A DNA stretch of 64,000 bases. Origin: Nitrososphaerota archaeon. Its GTDB lineage: Archaea > Thermoproteota > Nitrososphaeria > Nitrososphaerales > JACQRY01. The notes beneath the pieces were generated by a model. It searched no databases, was not told the origin of the DNA, and saw only the letters and a program-made list of their open reading frames with translations. This document shows positions 59,087 to 64,000 of the stretch, piece by piece (the first letter of the stretch is position 1; each line of letters starts with the position of its first letter). The stretch is from contig JACPCU010000010.1 of assembly GCA_016184315.1 (NCBI GenBank), positions 10,035 to 74,034 of the forward strand, given 5' to 3'. Position numbers and translations under genes: made by a program.

Positions 59087-61318
59087 GTGGAAGTCACGCC
59101 AAAATACAAGACTACGTCAGAAGCATTAAAGATCATAGGCAATAAAGACCAAATTCGAAAGGCGTAGATCATTAGTATCACCCCGAATAATTTTGGTGTT
59201 ATTGCCCATGTCGACCATGGGAAAACGACGATGTCAGACAGTCTCCTAGCAGCCACAGGCATGCTCAGCCCCTCAGTGGCAGGAGAAGCTTTAGCGTTAG
59301 ACTACATGGCTCTTGAACAGCAGAGGCAGATGACGATCAAAGCGGCTAATGTGACCTTATACTACGAACAGGAAGGCAAACCATTCGTCTTCAACATGAT
59401 TGACACTCCGGGCCACATAGACTTCACAGGCAGAGTGACCAGAAGCCTCAGAGCAATAGACGGAGCAGTAGTAGTGTCCGACTCTGTGGAAGGAATCATG
59501 ACTCAAACAGAAACAGTGACAAGGCAAGCCCTAGAAGAAAGAGTCAGACCCGTCCTCTACATCAACAAGATAGACCGCCTAGTAAAAGAGCTCCGCCTAA
59601 CACCGGACAAAATGCAGCAATGGCTGGCAGGAATCATAGCGGACTTCAACAACCTCATATCAATTTACGCTGAACCCGAATACAAAGAAAAATGGAAAGT
59701 CAGCATACAAAGCAACACCGTAGCCTTCGGATCAGCCAAAGACCGATGGGGATTCAACCTCCAAATAGCCCAGAAAAAAGGCATCAAATTCCAAGGCATC
59801 TACGATGCCTACACCAGCAATAAGCAAGACGAACTGGCGGCGAAAGCACCCCTACATGAAGCCATTCTAGGGATGGTTATACAGCACCATCCTCCTCCTC
59901 ACGTAGCCCAAAAATACCGCATACCAAAAATCTGGGGAGGAGACCTGCAATCAGAAGTAGGACAAGCACTACTCAACTGCGACGACAAAGGACCAACAGT
60001 AATGATGATCACCAACGTCGTTGTGGATCCACAAGCAGGAATCGTGTGCACAGGACGACTCTTCTCAGGAGAAATCAGAGACGGAGACATGCTCTACCTG
60101 ATCTCCTCTAAACGGCAGGAAAGAGTCCAATCAGTCAACATGTACATGGGCGTCTACAGAGAAATAGTAGGCGCATTAACAGCAGGAAACATACCTGCCC
60201 TACTAGGCTTGGAACATGGAAGAGCAGGAGAAACAATCTCCACAGTCAAAGACATACTCCCCTTCGAAGCCATCAGATACGTCTCCGAGCCAGTAGTCAC
60301 GTTGGCAGTAGAATCCAAACACCCCAAAGACCTGCCCAAACTCGTGGAAGCAATGAGGAGACTCGCCATAGAAGACCCTAACCTCGTGATAAGAATCAAC
60401 GAAGAAACAGGAGAAATGCTATTATCAGGAATGGGCGTACTCCACCTAGAAATAGCCACCACTCTACTACAGCAACAAGGACTGGAAATAGTAACATCAA
60501 AACCTTTGATCAACTACCGTGAAACCATAAGGGGCTCAGCAGGCCCGGTCATGGCAAGGTCACCGAACAGGCACAACAAGATCTACATCAAAGTCGAACC
60601 CTTAGCACCAGACATCATAGAGATGATCAGAACAGGCCAAATCAACGAAACCATGGATCGCAAAGGCATACAGAAAACCCTCAGAGACCACGGCTGGGAC
60701 TCAGATGAAGCAAGAAGCGTAGTCACAGTAGACGAAAGAGGCAGCGTCATGATCGACTCCACCAAAGGAGTCCAATACCTACAGGAATCCATGGACTCCA
60801 TCAAAGCAGGCATACTGGACATCTTGACCAACGGCCCCCTAGCCCAAGAATACTGCCGAGGAATCAAAATAGTGCTACACCACTACGTGCCCCACGAAGA
60901 CCCCGCCCACAGAACCTACGCCCAGCTAATGCCCGCGTCAAGAAGAGCCTTACTCGGAGCCATGCTCTCAGCAGACCCCGTTCTACTCGAACCCATACTG
61001 GGAATTGAGGTCAAATGCCCCACAGAGCAAATAGGCGCAGTAGCAGGAGTCATATCGTCCAAGCGCGGAAAAATGATCAACATGACCCAGAAAGGAGTGC
61101 TGGCCATCATAGACGGAGAAGTTCCCGCCGCAGAAACATTCGACATCTCAGAAGTCATGAGAGGAGCCACAGCAGGAAAAGCTATGTGGAACACTCACTT
61201 CAAGTTATGGAACCCCGTTCCATCATCCATGCTCCTCCCAATAGTAACGGAGATACGGAAACGCAAAGGCCTCTCACCGGAACCACCTAGACCAGAAGAA
61301 TTTTTAGATAGAGACTAG
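59087..61318 (+). CDS. fusA: Elongation factor EF-2, join(59087..59159,59190..61318), 733 aa after splicing
   Basis: Exon 1 MEVTPKYKTTSEALKIIGNKDQIR; exon 2 [14 protein letters not shown]...DTPGH...NKID...HEDPAHR (diphthamide site). Confidence 0.95.
59160..59189 (+). other. 30-nt bulge-helix-bulge intron in EF-2 pre-mRNA
   Basis: AGGCGTAGATCATTAGTATCACCCCGAATA; in-frame TAG; central helix TTCG/CGAA with 3-nt bulges AAA and TAA. Confidence 0.88.
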
Positions 61319-61326
61319 ATCCTCAG

Positions 61327-61869
61327 TCAAAGAGCATCGAGCAGATCAACCAGATCCCTGTCCTTCACCAAGGCCCTAGCGTGCTCCCTAAATTCAGATA
61401 ATTTGCTTGCGTTATAGCCATCCGAGCGATACTCCTCTGCCTGAACCGCCATCTCCACCTTATCCAGTTCCCTGACCAACACCGCCTCAAGGGAAACGCC
61501 GCTGCGATACTCCTCCCAAAGAGAGCCCATAGCACTCTTAACCTGCTCAGGGAGACCTGAAAGGATTCGCTGCATCGCTTCCTCCTCCAAATCCTTTTTC
61601 TTGGAAGCGTCAGGGTCGTCAGGAGTCAAATCTCCTATCAGAGATTCGCTTAAATCATGTATGAGCGCCATCCCCATAGCCCTTTTAACATCCAAACCCT
61701 TGTAGCTCCCCACGATCAAAGCCAAGACCGCGGTCCTCCAAGAATGGTCTGCCACCGACTCCGCGTCCTTGACGCCAATCTTCAGAATCCAGCCACGTCT
61801 AAGCTCCTTCTTCAAGGCACCCGCATACCGCAGAAAAGCAGTGACACCTGTGCACTCCTCGGGATTCAT
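61327..61869 (-). CDS. HD-domain hydrolase (YfbR/HDDC2-like)
   Basis: LK...R.GW, ESVADHS, IHDLSE..GD, DK.EM. Confidence 0.92.
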   Translation of the reverse strand: MNPEECTGVTAFLRYAGALKKELRRGWILKIGVKDAESVADHSWRTAVLALIVGSYKGLDVKRAMGMALIHDLSESLIGDLTPDDPDASKKKDLEEEAMQRILSGLPEQVKSAMGSLWEEYRSGVSLEAVLVRELDKVEMAVQAEEYRSDGYNASKLSEFREHARALVKDRDLVDLLDAL

Positions 61870-61956
61870 CTAGGCAAATAGAAACTTGGATGCATAAAGA
61901 CTTAATCGAACGGAAAAGGTTTTGACTAGGAAATGTTCACATAATCAATTAACACA

Positions 61957-62796
61957 TTGGTTCTTCCTCAACTTGCCTCAGCCTACGCTTTGGCAACTTT
62001 GTTCTTGGTGGGCTATCTGATTCTGCTCCGAAGGCTTGGAAACGATGGTTACGCCGCTGGAGGCATCACAGCAATATTCTCGACTGCAAAAATATTCTTC
62101 GCAGCTATCTTCATGGGCGCAGTCGCTATTCCATTTCTGATACTCTCCCCGCAAGTCGTCGAGGGCAGCTTAGAACCCGTGTTGCAATCAATGGTGGAGA
62201 GGGTCAGATCTATGCAGCAGCTCACTGGCTCCTTGGCCTCAGCCATCTTTCTTCAGAACGCTGTCGTAGCGGTCTTGGCGTCCTTGGTTCCTCTGGGTTT
62301 GGGCTCCCTTGACTCGTACCTGAGGAAGAATAGGATCTACGGTGTGTTCACAAGAATACTTGCAACGCCGGTTGACCTCGTTTACCGGTTGACTTCAAGG
62401 ACAGCAAGGATCATGAGTCCCGATGAGCGGCTCACGTCTCTAGCGGTATTCACATACCCGTTCATAATCATGTTCGTCAACGGCGTGCTCTTGGGGATAG
62501 TGTTTCTCTTGGGAATCTTGGGCGGAAGATCATTGCAGCTCCTTGTCTTGATTCTGCCTCACGGGGTAGTGGAGCTCCCAACGGTGATCTTCTCTGCCAG
62601 CTTGGGTTACTCATACGTGGCTGGATGGATGAACCGTAAATCCGAAGATTTAAGGTTCACAGGCTATGCTTCACGGCTTATCAGAAGCAAGGGGCTTTGG
62701 CTTACAGTCGTCTTCATCGTGGCGGAGCTTAGCGTTGCAGCGTACATTGAGGGAGAAGTAACTGTTCAACTGGCCGCGTTAGGGCGTTCGAATTGA
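61957..62796 (+). CDS. SpoIIM (DUF95) family membrane protein
   Basis: IF.QN, NG..LG, ILPHGVVEL, AAYIE. Confidence 0.85.
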   Translation: MVLPQLASAYALATLFLVGYLILLRRLGNDGYAAGGITAIFSTAKIFFAAIFMGAVAIPFLILSPQVVEGSLEPVLQSMVERVRSMQQLTGSLASAIFLQNAVVAVLASLVPLGLGSLDSYLRKNRIYGVFTRILATPVDLVYRLTSRTARIMSPDERLTSLAVFTYPFIIMFVNGVLLGIVFLLGILGGRSLQLLVLILPHGVVELPTVIFSASLGYSYVAGWMNRKSEDLRFTGYASRLIRSKGLWLTVVFIVAELSVAAYIEGEVTVQLAALGRSN

Positions 62797-63266
62797 ATCT
62801 GAGCGGGCTGGGACTCGTATGGCAGCTCTTTCTCAGAGTGACTATGGGAGGGTATTGGCTCTTCTTCTCAAGCCAGAGATGGTCCGACAGGTCGTGGCTT
62901 AAGGATCTCGTCAACACGGCGGCTCAAGGCAACTATGTGCCTTTCTACGGAGATGTGTTGAGGGTCTTTGTTGCGCCCAACTGGGAGATGATAGCGTTGG
63001 TGGCGACGGTGCTTGAGACTGGGGTGGGCTTGATGATCCTCTTTGGTGTCTTCACAAGGATAGCTGGGGTTCTAGGTGCCTTCGATAACCTGAATCTGAC
63101 TCTGACGTTCAGTTTCTGCAGGTGTCCTTGGGCTGAGGCTGATCTTCCCTTGGTCTTCTGGTTCTATTTTGCGGCTATGCTTCTGAATGTGCAGATTGCC
63201 TTTGATCAGTCGTCGAAGACCATTGGGATTCAAAGGTTTCTGAACAGGGGTTCTAGGGATGCTTAG
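62793..63266 (+). CDS. DoxX-family membrane protein
   Basis: LRV..G..W and E...GL....G.FTR. Confidence 0.8.
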   Translation: MNLSGLGLVWQLFLRVTMGGYWLFFSSQRWSDRSWLKDLVNTAAQGNYVPFYGDVLRVFVAPNWEMIALVATVLETGVGLMILFGVFTRIAGVLGAFDNLNLTLTFSFCRCPWAEADLPLVFWFYFAAMLLNVQIAFDQSSKTIGIQRFLNRGSRDA

Positions 63267-64000
63267 CTTATGTAGCTTGGGTCTTTGCTGGGTTGTCCGG
63301 ACGGTCTGTCTCCGCCTCTTTTCACGTCTTCCAGTGTTTTGAGGATGGCTTCGCTTTCTCTTGCACTTTGCTCCAGTGTAGATAGGTCTACTTTGATTCC
63401 CAGTATTTTGGATAGGGCGTCAAGCACGGCTTGAGCGGCCTTTGGGTCGATGACGTATCCGGAGGTTTCTCCGAGTAGGCAGACGCCTTTCATTCCTTTG
63501 ATCTTTGCGATGCCGATTAGGAGGCCGTTCATTCCGGTTATGGCTCCTTCAGTCATGAGGGTTACACCGGTGGAGGTGAGCATTTGGGCTGTTTCTTTGT
63601 CTGTGGCTGTTCCGAAGACTTTTGGTTGTTCGACGAATTTGCCTGTGATGTAGGCTGCTAGGGTGTAGATGTTTTTGGCTCCTAGGCTGCTGGATACTTC
63701 CAGTACTCTGTCTGCGAGCTCGTATTCTGCTTCAGGTGTTACTGGCTGCGCGTCGCCGGTGTAGAGGATGAGGTCTGGCCCATTTTCAGGGTTCTTCCAG
63801 TAGTGCAGCTCGTGTTTCATGAGTTCTGTGGAGCCGTCTTGCTTGGTGACTACTTGAGGTGGGAAGCTGGAGGAGTAGATGATTGCGAACAGCTCTGAGT
63901 GTAGGCCTTTGGCTAGGTGCTCTATGCCTAGTTTAGCAACGTATCCGCTTCCAGGTAGGCCTGATATGAGCACGGGGTTTTTGAGTTCGGGTCTGCTGAG
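63263..64000 (-). CDS. Proteasome assembly chaperone PAC2 family (5' end outside window)
   Basis: GLPGSGYVAKL, FPPQV, GDAQP, I.GMNGLL, CLLGETSGY..DP. Confidence 0.92.
   Translation of the reverse strand, partial: LSRPELKNPVLISGLPGSGYVAKLGIEHLAKGLHSELFAIIYSSSFPPQVVTKQDGSTELMKHELHYWKNPENGPDLILYTGDAQPVTPEAEYELADRVLEVSSSLGAKNIYTLAAYITGKFVEQPKVFGTATDKETAQMLTSTGVTLMTEGAITGMNGLLIGIAKIKGMKGVCLLGETSGYVIDPKAAQAVLDALSKILGIKVDLSTLEQSARESEAILKTLEDVKRGGDRPSGQPSKDPSYIS

Noticed and set aside
59165-59167. Amber read-through (pyrrolysine or recoding) as the explanation for in-frame TAGs in EF-2 and the endonuclease
   Set aside because: TAG is the normal stop of many genes here (e.g. bud32, rdgB, rps3ae, cdc48, fusA). 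Read-through would leave a 10-aa insertion just before the EF-2 P-loop, whereas BHB excision restores the conserved sequence exactly.
59231-61318. EF-2 starting at ATG 59231 as in the ORF track
   Set aside because: It would lack the AHVDHGKT P-loop, which is encoded in frame immediately upstream.

Overview
Archaeal chromosomal window, most likely a non-ammonia-oxidising Nitrososphaeria (Thaumarchaeota)-like lineage; this is inferred from the EF-2 N-terminus ([23 protein letters not shown]), the KEOPS/uS15/eS1/eL15/aEF-1beta/CDC48/FEN1 gene set and an intron-containing tRNA. Layout: (1) 1-15 kb holds accessory catabolic genes (3' end of a reductive dehalogenase-like gene, TolB-like propeller, enolase-family racemase, solute-binding protein, LLM oxidoreductase, Mo-hydroxylase) and tRNA-Ala(CGC) with a D-arm intron. 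(2) 15.5-29.7 kb is an uncharacterised membrane/extracellular redox cluster (Tat NrfC-like, NrfD/ActC-like, cupredoxin, two paralogous pairs of surface proteins, TlpA, CcdA) bracketed by duplicated regulators. (3) 33.8-54.5 kb is core informational and housekeeping genes. (4) 54.5-58 kb is a restriction-modification islet. (5) EF-2 and neighbours follow. Main finding: the EF-2 gene is interrupted by a 30-nt insertion (59160-59189) with an in-frame UAG. The insertion folds into a canonical bulge-helix-bulge motif, and its excision restores the conserved IRNFG sequence exactly, so it is a candidate tRNA-type intron in an essential protein-coding mRNA. Also notable are a dispersed ~42-nt intergenic element present in three copies and kilobase-scale AC/GT strand-skew domains. 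All calls come from reading the sequence; no database searches were run.
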